Of a stretch of DNA of 64,000 nt, positions 51,934 through 64,000 are shown in pieces (positions within the stretch are counted from its first letter, which is position 1; each line of letters begins with the position of its first letter). This stretch comes from Mobula hypostoma. Its lineage: Eukaryota. The notes below the pieces were generated by a model. That model was not told the DNA's origin, ran no database searches, and saw only the letters and a program-made list of their open reading frames with translations. The stretch lies in contig NC_086108.1 of assembly GCF_963921235.1 (NCBI RefSeq), positions 46,812,001-46,876,000 on the forward strand, read 5' to 3'. A program made the position numbers and the translations under genes.

Positions 51934-52871
51934 TTCCAAGAACTTCCTCGTATTTCTAGAAGCTATAAATAAAATAATGCTTCTAAGTAAATCAATGACA
52001 ATTTTTCTATTCATTGAGTAGACACAATACCGAAATAAATTATGAAGATGTGCCATATTTTTTCTGAACCGTGTAATTGCAGGGTTATGGAGCTCGGTAA
52101 TCGTGCATTGTTTAAAATTAACATTTCACTGAGTCCTTCAAATGATTGATGAAAAATAATTGAATTAATCAATGATCAGAGTTCAATCCCTGTCATACAA
52201 AAACATATTCATCTCTTTCTTCCTGGAACCCAATACAACATGTTCTCTCTTCCAGCCCTAATGAATACACTCCTTACAGAGCTTGCACTGATCATCTGTA
52301 AACTCCAACCAGTCTAAAGCCTGCAACCCTATTCTCTCCATCCTTTCTTAAATTGCATTCATGCTTTCTGATCGAAATTACTTTCAGCTCCCTAACACTT
52401 AAAGGTCAAAATCTATGTCTTATGTTCTTAAGTTCCTTCCAGGATTTGCTTCCACGATTCATTTCCCCCAACCCCACCATATTCCTTAATTTTCTCATAT
52501 TTACCCGAACGTACCATTCTTCCGACTCGTGTTTCTTAAGCACTCCTCATCCCTTTACCCCACTGATAACAGCTTTCACGACAGCAAGTGTTACTCTTAA
52601 GTGTAACACCCAGAATAATCCTGCCAGAATCACATCCATTAACTCTGTCTTAAAGTATCCAGAATCCCATATTTGGGCCAAGCTTTCCCTGGTTAGCTGG
52701 AATTCCCAAAAGTTTCCTGACAATATATTTTGTAGAACATCTGATGAGTGTCATTCAGGGCACTCTGCATTTGCACCATTAATTTCCAGTCTTTACGGTA
52801 TTTTCTTTCACTTGTGCACTGTAGAAACATAAAGCAAAAAGCTGCGGTGAGGATGATCTTGGAGAGTGAAT

Positions 52872-54921
52872 AACACACATAAAACTTGCTGGTGAATGCA
52901 GCAGGCCAGGCAGCATCTCTAGGAAGAGGTACAGTCGATGTTTCGGGCCGAGACCCTTCGTCAGGACTAATATAAGAAGAGTTAGCAAGAGATTTGAAAG
53001 TGGGAGGGGGAGGGGGAGGGGGAGATCCAAAATGATAGGAGAAGACAGGAGGGGGAGGGATGGAGCCAAGAGCTGGACAGGTGATTGGCAAAAGGGATAT
53101 GAGAGGATCATGGGACAGGAGGCCCAGGGAGAAAGAAAAGGTGGAGGGGGAAGTCTAGAGAATGGGCAAGGGGTATAGTGAGAGGGACAGAGGGAGAAAA
53201 AGGAGAGAGAGAGAAAAAGGATGTGTGTATATAAATAAATAACGGATGGGGTACGAGGGGGAGGTGGGGCATTAGCGGAAGTTTGAGAAGTCAATGTTCA
53301 TGCCATCAGGTTGGAGGCTACCCAGATGGAATATAAGGTGTTGTTCCTCCAACCTGAGTGTGGCTTCATCTTTACAGTAGAGGAGGCCGTGGATAGATAT
53401 ATCAGAATGGGAATGGGACGTGGAATTGAAATGTGTGGCCACTGGGAGATCCTGCTTTCTCTGGCGGACAGAGCGTAGGTGTTCAGCGAAATGATCTCCC
53501 AGTCTGCGTCGGGTCTCGCCAATCTATAGAAGGCCGCATCGGGAGCACCGTACGCATTATATCACCCCAGCCGACTCACAGGTGAAGTGTCGCCTCACCT
53601 GGAAGGACTGTCTGGGGCCCTGAATGATGTGATGGAGGAAGCGTAAGGGCATGTGTAGCACTTGTTCCGCTTACAAGGATAAGTGCCAGGAGGGAGATCG
53701 ATGCGGGGAACGAATGGACAAGGGAGTCGCGTAGGGAGCGATCCCTGCGGAAAGCGGGGGGGGGGGGGAGAAGTGCTTAGTGGTGGGATCCCATTGGAGG
53801 TGGCGGTAGTTACAGAGAATAATATGTTGGACCTGGAGGCTGGTGGGGTGGTAGGTGAGGACCGGGGAACCCTATTCCTAGTGGGGTGACGGGAAGATGG
53901 AGTGAGAGCAGATGTGCGTGAAATGGGAGAGATGCGTTTGAGAGCAGAGTTGATGGTGGAGGAAGGGAAGCCCCTTTCTTTAAAAAAGGAGGACATCTCC
54001 TTCGTCCTGGAATGAAAAGCCTCATCCTGACAGCAGTTGCGGCGGAGACTGAGGAATTGCGAGAAGGGGATGGCATTTTTGCAAGAGACAGGGTGGGAAG
54101 AGGAATAGTCCAGATAGCTGTGAGAGTCAGTAGGCTTATAGTAGACACCAGTAGATAAGCTGTCTCCAGAGACAGAGACAGAAAGATCTAGAAAGGGAAG
54201 GGAGGTGTCGGAAATGGACCAGGTAAACTTGAGGGCAGGGTGAAAGTTGGAGGCAAAGATAATGAAGTCAACGGGCCCAGCATGCGTTCAGGAAGCAGCG
54301 CCAAATCAGTCGCCGATGTAGCGAAGGAAACGTGGGGGACAGATACCAGAATAGGTTTGGAACATAGATTGTTCCACAAAGCCAACAAAAAGGCAGGCAT
54401 AGCTAGGACCCATACGGATGCCCATAGCTACTCCTTTAGTTTGGAGGAAGTGGGAGGAGCCAAAGGAGAAATCATTAAGAGTAAGGACTAATTCCGCTAG
54501 ACGGAGCAGAGTGGTGGCAGAGGGGAACCGGTTAGGTCTGGAATCCAAAAAGAAGCGTAGAGCTTTGAGACCTTCCTGATGGGGGACGGAAGTATATAGG
54601 GACGGGACATCCATGGTGAAAATAAAGCGGTGGGGGCCAGGGAACTTAAAATCATCGAAAAGTTTCAGAGCGTGAACTGTCCAGCTCCTGGCTCCATCCC
54701 TCCCCCCTCCTGTCTTCTCCTATCATCTCGGATTTCCCTCTCCCCCTCCCACTTCCAAATCTTTTACTAGCTCTTCCTTCAGTTAGTCCTGACAAAGGGT
54801 CTCGGCCCGAAACGTCGACTGTACCTCTTCCTAGAGATGCTGCCTGGCCTGCTGCGTTCACCAGCAACTTTCATGTGTGTTGCTTGAAATTCCAGCATCT
54901 GCAGATTTCCTCGTGTTTGCG
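52872..54921 (-). mobile_element. Penelope-like element with RT and GIY-YIG domains and an inverted pLTR (54673-54921); a further pLTR lies at about 54950-55077
   Basis: RT MDVPSLYTS..GVAMGIRMGPSYACLF..FLRYIGD followed by GIY-YIG. The terminal block recurs as a reverse complement. Confidence 0.9.
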
Positions 54922-55164
54922 GTTTTAAAGTAACTATCATATTTCGTAAACACTAGGAATTCTGCAGATGCTGGAAATTCAAGCAACACACAAAGTTGCT
55001 GGTGAATGCAGCAGGCCAGGCAGCATCTCTCGGAAGAGGTACAGTCGACGTTACGGGCCGAGACCCTTCGTCAGGAGTTTTTTTTTAGAAAATACATCCG
55101 AAGGTACATTATAACGAATGGGAAGTACCCCATTTGCTAACAATACTGTCCAATTTATACTCAC

Positions 55165-55620
55165 AGTGACCGAGACTTCCGCAACTTCCCAGACTCACTC
55201 AAACCAGGCTGGTCTCTGCGTGTTGCTAAGGGCGACAGGCCGCCCAATCCCAAGTGAAGCGTCCGTTGTCAGGGGCGACAGCCCGCCCAGCCGCGTAGGC
55301 TTTCTGCCCCGTTGCCAAGACAACACAACATCAAAGCTAAAATTTGATTACATTTTACTAATTTAAAAGTGTGAACAGACACTTTTAAATACAGCGAGTC
55401 AGCTTGGGCCACGGGAGCACAAAACCCTTACCTCAGGCGCCGTTGCTTTGCCCTCTGATGCCGGGAGAAGATTGCGAGCAAATCCGCCGTGTGAAGGAAA
55501 CGGCCCGAAGCTGACCAGTGTGCGGTCGCCGTGGCTACAGCGAAGCGGCCGTATCACGCCACCTCAGGAATACCACTTGACTGATCATTCCTTTCGACAA
55601 CCAGAAAATGTTACGGGCGT
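55165..55620 (-). promoter_or_regulatory. GC/CpG-rich AXDND1 promoter with RFX X-box-like motifs and candidate non-coding first exons (donors at 55432 and 55165)
   Basis: X-box-like motifs GTTGCTAAGGGCGAC 55222-55236, GTTGTCAGGGGCGAC 55265-55279, GTTGCCAAGACAAC 55311-55324 and GTCGCCGTGGCTAC 55525-55538. CCAAT at 55244-55248, GC box at 55281-55288. Minus-strand donors GAG|gtaagg and ACT|gtgagt. Confidence 0.7.
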
Positions 55621-56919
55621 AGCGGAACATAAAAGCTAATAACACAAAGTATATACGATAACTTTCTACAGTGACTTGAATGCTAAACTCCGAATGAGAG
55701 AAATACGAAGAGATCCAGTGACAGGAATGCAAACGTTCTGGTGCCATTGAAAGGGAAGGTCAAATATGCAAAAGAGAACTGGGAGGGAAAGGAAGAGGGT
55801 CCGGCATTCTGCAGTCGTCTGCGGAGGTCACAGTACCTGAACAGGAGTTGTGTTAGAGATCACCCCACCTCACACTCCTACAGTGGTCTTCAAATGCAGC
55901 AAACTCTTGTTAACCAGGGAGCCCCAGGACACAGTGGAGTAATTGTTTCCATTGAACTTGCTAAATTTTAAGGGAGCATAGGCCCCAATACATTTCACGG
56001 AGAACAAACCAAGTGAGTCTCAAGTTCAGGTGCCAAGGCTCGAATTTTGAAAGGGTATGCAAGAATCGGGGTCCCATTCTGCAAGATGGAGTGAACGCCT
56101 GACCGTTAAGAGTGCGGGAATCAACCAGGATTTCTAATTAGTCGGCAAAGGGATTATAGGAGTTTTATTATACGGGGTTGGTAGGGGTGTGAAATTGAAA
56201 AGCACATCTCTTCTTCTATCTATGCCTCATACAATGGGAAGGAAAAATTGTAAATAAAAGAAGGAGTCATACTCAGCCTTTAAGCCTGCTCATGTTGACC
56301 AAGAAAAATATTTCATAAATGACCATTATTTCCTCAATTAGTACTGACAAACTACTGGAATACAGGGATCTGAAAAGACTTTGGAGTCCGTTACTTCCTT
56401 AAATGCAACTTGAAGACTTGGTATTTACGAACTTCAAAATCGGAGTTAATTTCATGAGGTTGAGCTGCAGCGTGCAATAGTAGTTATTTTGATGTTTAGA
56501 TCTATTTTTCATTCTCGGGGTAACTGACAAAATAAAAAAAACATAGTCAAAACCCAGATCAACTCAGAGTAAGAATTGCCAATGAAACTTTTAAACAAAT
56601 ATTGCGACTTAGTTCTTAATTTAAAAATACAAATTGTAACCATAAAGGACAATGGAACAACCATTCACTTTAAAGTATTTATAAAAGGCTGTGCCTGGAT
56701 TGCATTCCAGTCGAATATCCCTCAGAAATAATATTTTCTTATGACAGGAATAAGCCAGTTGGCATATCAAGTCTATGGTGGTAAATTAACATTCCCAACT
56801 TGGCATTCCCATCAATTCTACCACAGTTCAGTTCCAATTAACCCACACAGCTTTAGAATGTGAGGGGAAACCAGAGCACATGGAAGATACCTACACATGC
56901 CCAGTTGCTTCTAACAAAT

Positions 56920-56925
56920 TTTATT
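56920..56925 (-). terminator. Candidate poly(A) signal AATAAA for the upstream minus-strand gene
   Basis: tttatt on the + strand at the end of an AT-rich UTR-like tract, about 1.3 kb before the AXDND1 promoter. Confidence 0.3.
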
Positions 56926-58902
56926 TTAAATACCATAAAGTTAAATTGTACAACTGTACGTATCAATTGTTAATAATGTTATCAGTGAGATTCAAAACTA
57001 GCTCAGTCAATTTACATGTTACATTCAAAAATGTTGAAGTCTAGCCAATATTCACTCCTCACATGGATGAACCTGGTTTTCATGAACATAGTGCTGTGTG
57101 TTCTTTTATGCCTATTGAGATCAGACAAGTACTCCATTTAATACCCCTTCTGAAGGTGACTTCAACAGTATGGCAGCCCTGTATAGGCAGCAGGATCAAT
57201 CCTGTGCAAGTTATGTAAAATTGTTTTCAAACAAAATTTGTAATACAAAGCTCCATCAGGAAGATGAACACACCAATTCAAACCTACAATCTAACCTATT
57301 AATTTCAATAGGCCATGTATTCCCCCCCCCCCCCCACTGAGTTTCAGGTGCATCACCCTGTTATTTTGGCATATGGCTTCAGCAAAGAACTGACTCTGCA
57401 AACCAAACATCATCCGCTTCCCCCAAATTTGTTCCTCATGAAGAGCCTAGAGCTCAAATGATTTAATGAAACAACTACAAACACAAAGTTAGATGCACAG
57501 CAGAGACACAAAGTTAAATGTATCAGCATTACAGTGGAGTAAAAGGAATTATAGAGAAATGAGTGAGGAACTGGCCAAAATTAATTGGAAGGGAACACTA
57601 GCAAGGATGATGGCAGAGCAGCATTGGCTGGAGTTTCTGGAAGCAATTTGGAAGGCATGGGATAGACATATCCCAAAGAAGAAGTAGTATTCTAAAGGCA
57701 GGATGATGCAAGAGAAGTCAAAGCCTATATAAAAGCCAAAGAGAGGACATAGAACAGCGCAAAAATTAGCAGGAAGATAGAGGACTAGTAGGGGTTTTAT
57801 TTCCCAACTCTCTACACCACAGTCCAGTCCAGTTGGTGGTGGTAGTGCACCTTTAAATTGAACAGCCATCTTAAAAGTCAGAAGAAGGTGGCATAGGTGT
57901 CTCAGGACTTGCACCACCAGGTTCATCAAGAACAGTTACTTCCCCTCAACCAGACTCTTGAACAAAAGGGGATAGCTACGCTCATTTAAGGACATGTTAT
58001 ATTGTTATTTATTACTATTTATGTCTGCATTTGCACAGTTGTTTACAGTTTATAGTTATCATTCTATAGATTTGCTAAGTACGCCTGCAGAAAAAGAATC
58101 TCAGGATTATATGTCCTCTGATAGTACATTTTACTTTGAACTTTATATTTAAGAAAGAGGTTGATAGATTCTTGATTAGTCAGAGCATGAAGGGCAAGAT
58201 ATTGGGGATGAGAGGGAAATGGATCAGCCATGATGAAATAGCAGAGCTGACTCAATGGGCCTTATTCTGCTCCTATACCTTATTGGTTTATGCTATAACA
58301 TGTATCCAAGAAGTAAAACAAAATACGCATAAGTGATTTAATCTCATTTCTGATTTAATATCTTCATGATTAAATAGCAATTACTATCCAGGAGCAATTA
58401 TAACCATCTACATATTTTTTGATCTTCAAAATTTTATTGCTTGCAAAGTTCATTTCAAAATGTATAGTTACTGCAACAGATCTTTTCAAAAATTTCAAAA
58501 TTTCATCAAGTTTTTCCACTTTGTATGATTTCCTTTCAATACATAGATGAGTAAACCATGGCAAAACAGCTTACTAAAGTTCCTTTAGAGCTGTTAGGAG
58601 CAAGAAAATATTAATTTTGTGTTGGGTTCATGTGGGTGGAATAAAGGTGCATTGCAAATCATCACATTTCAAGACTAACATTTATTCAGAATATTTCCAC
58701 AAACAGTGTCAATAGTTTCCAATTTTACTTTTGTGTGATTAAATTGTAGAGGAAACTATAAAAGAATGCAATTTGAGAGAGTCTATTGTCAGACAACACT
58801 GGTGCACTGCAAATTGTTGGAAATGTGCCAAGGCATCAAGTGATACTTTTCTAATGAACTTGAAGGGAAAAATAATCAGTAACTGTGGCTCAGTTGTAAA
58901 TA

Positions 58903-59796
58903 CAGTGCCTATAAAAAGTATTCAAACCCTTGGAAGTTTTTATGTTTTATTGTCTTACAACGTTGAATCACAATCGGTTTAACTTGGCTTTTTTGACAGT
59001 GATCAACATAAAAAGACTCTCGTGTCAAAGTGAAAACAGATCTCTACAAAGTGATCTAAATTAATTACAAATATAAAACACAAAATAATTGATTGCATAA
59101 GTATTCACCACCCCCCACCCATTAATATGACACCAAATCATCATTGGAGCAACCAATTGGCTTTAGAATTCACATAATTAGTTAAATGGAGATCTGTTTT
59201 TAAGACCTGTGTGCAGTCAAGGTGTTTTAATTGATTGTAGTAAAAATACTCCTGTATTTGGAAGTTCCAACTGCTGATGAGTAAGTATCCTGGCAAAAAT
59301 TACACCATGAAGACAAAAGAACACTCCAAGCAATTCAGCAAAAAAGTTCTTGAAAAGCGCAAGTCAGGAGATGGATTTAAGAAAATTTTCAAATCACTGA
59401 ACTTCCCTCGCAATACAGTTATGTCAATCATCAACAAATGGAAAGAATACGGCACAGCTGTAAATCTGCCGAGAGCAGGCCATCCTCAAAAACTGAGTGA
59501 TCATGCAAGAAGGGGACCAAGATACCTATGACAACTCTAAATACCAATGTGAAGGGGGTGAATACTTATGCAATCAACTATTTTGTGTTTTATATTTTTA
59601 TTTCATTTAGATTTAATCTATATTTGAATTTAATTTAGATCATTTCGTCGAGATCTGTTTTCGCTTTGACACGGAATAGACTGTTTCTGTTGATCAATGT
59701 CAAAAAAGTCAAATTAAATCAACTGTGATTCAATGTTGTAAAACTAAAAAACATGAAAACTTCCAAGGGGGGTGTGAATACTTTTTATAAGCATTG
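58903..59796 (+). mobile_element. Internally deleted Tc1-like (IR/DR) DNA transposon
   Basis: TA|CAGTG...CATTG|TA with TIRs of about 200 bp and inner direct repeats (taagtattcacc). Paired-like N-terminal remnant MKTKEHSKQ..GFKKIFKSLNFPRNTV..KWKEYG..LPRAGHPQKLS. Confidence 0.9.
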
Positions 59797-61774
59797 TAAA
59801 AGCATACATTACTGACACAACAGAAAGTGCTTTGCCAAATCCAAAGATCTCTGGTATGGTTTTGATCCGTCAATCAGTTGTGCAGTAGCATCTCTTACAG
59901 ACATCCCTAATAACCAGCATTGATGCTAACACACACACATACATTGAATTAAATCAGCAATCTAGGAATTCTAAATTTTAAATATTTCACAGGATAAATA
60001 TTTCAATATAAAATTAAGATACCAGCCAAAATACTAAAGATAAAAATTCCATTATTTTGCATATGCCAGTCTACATGTTGTGACACTGGAAAAGTTTAAA
60101 CATTACAAAAAATTAATGTATTGTTAGACTCTTTACCTCATGCAAAACAATTTTTTTCCTTTACATTAAGATTAGTGTATGGTTTCCAAGAGAAGTGGAT
60201 TAAATTAATTTTCTTTTAACAACCTTTGCAAATAGCAACAAATAGCCCAAGTCATTATACACAACACAGCGTGTGGCCATATTCAGTCTTAGGTTTTTCA
60301 ATGTGACAATGCTGAAGCTTTTAATGTAGTCATGAGCGCCAGGTAGCTGGTACGTTTCTCCAGCATAAGTTCAAGTAAATATCCATACTTCAATACTTGA
60401 ATGTCCAGAGGTGATTCCTATTCTCCAATTGTCACAGAGTCACGCAGCACAGAAGCATCTCCTTTGGACCACTGAATCTTCATTGACTATTGAGAACACA
60501 ATTATCCTCTTCCATTTTAATTTGCCCCTCATTTTCATCAACCTACAGCCTGCCACGGACATTCCATCCTTGCTGTCAACATGATTTGCAAGGCAGGGCA
60601 GTATGGAAAGCAAGCAAGCTGTTGCCTATGAAGCAAACTAACCCCTCTCCACGCAGCTGATGAAGTCAAAGGAATGACAGAATCTGATAGTTTGGCATCA
60701 GCAGGAGTTGCCAGTTCAGCATTGAACTCAACGTAGAACTGCCTAAAGGACTCGAGCTCTGGATTTTTTTCCTCTGTGATGTACTCCCGAAGCATTCCCC
60801 ATGAGTCGCTGTAGATACAAGGAATTGGAGGTTTGAGACCAGTTTTCTTTCTCCTAGATGAGCTGCTAACCATGGCTGATGAGTCCCATCTACCCGAAGC
60901 AACTACTTTTAAGGTGCCAGTAACCCGCCATTACCCCTTCTCCAGTCACTAGAAACAGTTCCACCAGGCTTAGTAGCTACACTACACGTGAAAGGCAGGA
61001 GCTATGAGAGACGAACACCAATGGGTTATATCGACTACTTAGAAGCTTGAATGTGGCCGGAAGAAAGGAATGGTACCCTTTCTAGATTCTCCTTTAAGTA
61101 GCAGCATCCAACTGAAAGATGAGAGGTATTCCTTTATACCTAGGTCTAAATCCTGGGACTCCCTGTACAACCATCAGTAGATTTACAGGGGCACTGCAGC
61201 AATTCGATGATACAGTTCACTGCCACTTTCTCTGGAGCACATGGGGAATGGGCAATAAACACTGGCCCCATAAATTATAAGCGTAAACGTACCAGTGCCC
61301 TAGCCAGGATTTCTCAAGTAACAAAATACTCATTTCCCTTCGGACAAAGCTTGCAAATTGCACAAATGACTGCTGCTTCCTTGTAATACAGCAGTGATTC
61401 TACTTTAACATTCAGATATCCCAAGCTGTTGAAAATTGCTACAGAAAAGTACCTTAATAATTTGCTCCCTAACCAAAAAAAGGGACAATCAAGAATAATT
61501 TAGGCAGAGTACAGCAAGGTCCTAATCTTAATTAAAAAAATCATGCACTGCCCCCTGCAGTATCAGAAATAGAATCTGCTTGTAAAAAGATGGTAATTAG
61601 TATTTTTTTCTAAGTTTAAGTAAGAATGATTGCATCTGCTTGTGAACAGACTTGTCATATTATTGAAGCCTTGGTGATGAACAGTGCCATAAACAGTATA
61701 CACAATTCAGATTGGGTATTGACATTGATTCTGATATCACAATACTGAACTTGAACTATAAACTGGACAGTACA

Positions 61775-61925
61775 CTAAATGGGTTCAAAGTCCCACTGCA
61801 CTTCATTTTGGCTTCTCCCAGAAATGAAATCTGGCTGGATTTGCAATGACAGCCACAAAAAAATGAAGAACTGCTTCACAATGACACAAAATAGAATTGT
61901 GTAACTGTTCCACAGATAAATACCA
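61775..61925 (-). CDS. Possible terminal coding exon of an unidentified upstream gene (hydrophobic GIYLWNSYTILFCVIVKQFFIFLWLSLQIQPDFISGRSQNEVQWDFEPI*)
   Basis: Long polypyrimidine tract and acceptor cttatcaaacag| at 61925, non-repetitive, followed by AT-rich UTR-like sequence. The reading frame is uncertain. Confidence 0.35.
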
Positions 61926-61999
61926 CTGTTTGATAAGAGGAAACAATGCAAAGAAAACAAAACATACCTAGAGCTACAGTATCAAATATGATCATTCAA

Positions 62000-62605
62000 A
62001 TAACACACACAAAAAATGCTGGTGAACACGGCAGGCCAGGCAGCATCTATAGGAAGAGGTAGTCGACGTTTCGGGCCGAGACCCTTCATCAGGACAAACT
62101 GAAGGAAGAGATAGTAAGAGATTTGAAAGTGGGAGGGGGAGGGGGGAGATCCAAAATGATAGGAGAAGACAGGAGGGGGAGGGATGAAGCTAAAAGCTGG
62201 ACAGTTGATTGGCAAAAGGGATACAAGGCTGGAGAAGGGAGAGGGTCATGGGATGGGAGGTCTAGGGAGAGAGAAAGGGGGAGGGGAGCCCAGAGAACGG
62301 GCAAGGAGTTATAGTGAGAAGGACAGAGGGAGGAGGATGGATGGATGGATGGATGGATGAATGAATGATGGGGTATATGCTATCAGGTTGGAGGCTACCC
62401 AGACAGAATATAAGGTGTTGTTCCTCCAACCTGAGTGTGGCCTCATCTTGACAGTGGAGGAGGCCATGGACAGACGTATCAGAATGGGAATGGGATGTGG
62501 AATTAAAATGTGTGGCCACTGGGAGATCCTGCTTTCTCTGGCGGACAGAGTGCAGGTGTTCAGCGAAACTTTCTCCCAGCCTACATTGGGTCTCCCCAAT
62601 ATGTA
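62000..62605 (-). mobile_element. Penelope-like 3' fragment with an internal (GGAT)n microsatellite (about 62335-62360)
   Basis: ATHFNSTSHSHSD..LRLEEQHLIFCLGSLQPD plus pLTR. Confidence 0.85.
62061..62095 (-). ncRNA. Minimal hammerhead ribozyme motif in a Penelope pLTR
   Basis: GTC-CTGATGA-A-GGG tctcgg CCC-GAAAC-GTC-GACT on the minus strand. Confidence 0.7.
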
Positions 62606-62904
62606 GAATTGCTAGTTAAAAGCACTCTGGGATAGCTGAACTTTTTAATAAAGATATGTATATATATCTTTAAATATAAAAAACAGAGAGGGAACTACCT
62701 TTATAGATTTATACATACTGGATATACAGTGCATTTTGGCTAATAGGGCCAGATTAAATCAGGATAGCTGCTTATTTGGGACAACTCTTAAAGAACTAAT
62801 TGGAAATAGCTCAAATTCCCTTTGCTTATTTTGGGTCACTATGCCACTTAATTGGGGCAGAAAACCATTGCCGAACAGTTTCTAACTAACACTAGAAACG
62901 TTAG

Positions 62905-64000
62905 TTAGGATGAGGTCCTGAAGTGTGAGTTTCGGGAACTAGGCAGAAGGCTGAAGAACAGGACCTCAAGGCTGGCGTTCTCAGGATTGCTGCCAGTGCT
63001 ATGTGACAGTGATGGTAAGAATTGGAGGAGATGGCAGTTGAATGTGTGGCTGAGGAGTTGGTGCAGGGAGCAGGGTTTTAGATCTTTGGATCATTGGGAT
63101 CTCTTCTGGGGAAGGTGGGACCTGTACAGATTGGATGGGTTGCACCTGAACTCGAGGGGGAGCAATATCCTTGCAGGTAGTTTTGCTAGCATGATTCAGG
63201 AGGGTTTAACCTAATTTACGAGGGGGACGGGACCCAGAGCGATAGAGCTGTGGAAGAAGTGCATGGAGTAAAGCCAGATCTGACATATAGAGAGGGCTTG
63301 AGGAAAGAGAAGTAGAATAAAGGGTGTAAAGACAGTAAGGTAGAAGAGCTGAAATGTGTGTACCTCAATGCAAGAAGCATCAGAAACAAAGGTGATGAAC
63401 TGAGAGTTTGGATACATACATGGAATTATGATGTAGTGGCCATTACAGAGACTTGGCTGGCACCAGGGCAGGAATGGATTCTCAATATTCCTGGATTTCA
63501 GTGCTTTAAAAGGGATAGAGAGGGCGGAAAAAGGGGAGGAGGGGTGGCATTACTGGTCAGGGATACTATTACAGCTCCAGAAAGGATGGGTAATGTAGCA
63601 GGATCCTCTTTTGAGTCAATATGGGTGGAAGTCAGGAACAGGAAGGGAGCAGTTACTCTATTGGGGGTATTCTATAGGCCCCCTGGTAGCAGCAGAGATA
63701 CCGAGGAGCAGATTGGGAGGCAGATTTTGGAAAGGTGCAAAAATAACAGGGTTGTTATCATGGGTGACTTTAACATCCCTAATATTGATTGGCACCTGAT
63801 TAGTTCCAAGGGTTTAGATGGGGCAGAGTTTGCTAAGTGTGTCCAGGATGGATTCCTGTCACAGTATGTTGACAGGCCGACCAGGGAGAATGCCATACTA
63901 GATCTAGTACTAGGTAACGAACCGGGTCATCAGGTCTCAGATCTCTCTGTGGGTGAGCATCTGGGGGACAGTGACCATCGCTCCCTGGTCTTTAGTATTA
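62905..64000 (+). mobile_element. CR1 LINE: end of ORF1 (SGNH esterase-like) and start of ORF2 (APE endonuclease); continues beyond the window
   Basis: ORF1 LNVWLRSWC..DGLHLNSRG; ORF2 LKCVYLNARSIRNK..AITETWL..FYRPP..MGDFNIP..LDLVL. Confidence 0.9.

Noticed and set aside
1..64000. CRISPR array or prokaryote-type operon or defence system
   Set aside because: The sequence is spliced eukaryotic DNA. The recurrent short motifs are dispersed TE termini, not regularly spaced repeats with spacers.

Overview
Repeat-rich, CpG-depleted vertebrate genomic DNA. The repeat set (CR1, Penelope-like, V-SINE, Rex1-like, RTE) suggests a cartilaginous fish such as a ray, which is an inference. The window holds the 5' part of a minus-strand spliced gene that I recognise from memory of the human protein as AXDND1. 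Seven conserved GT-AG coding exons lie between 32016 and 1501 and join in frame, two more probable N-terminal exons lie at 48.2-48.4 kb and 51.8-52.0 kb, and a GC-rich promoter at about 55.2-55.6 kb carries four RFX X-box-like motifs. A possible last exon and 3'UTR of an unidentified upstream gene lie at about 56.9-61.9 kb. Most of the rest is transposon sequence: an AcademX DNA transposon with both termini and a 3-bp TSD (20843-24477), many Penelope-like copies carrying minimal hammerhead-ribozyme motifs, a palindromic 203-bp insert with a second hammerhead-like design, and a four-level nest (Rex1-like LINE > Gypsy > 5'-inverted RTE > CR1). Tc1, Tigger-like and hAT fossils, many CR1 fragments and a strong intronic CTCF motif are also present. 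Most short ORFs in the supplied track are TE remnants or noise. I found no clearly new biological system; the best leads are the AcademX element and the ribozyme-bearing Penelope derivatives.
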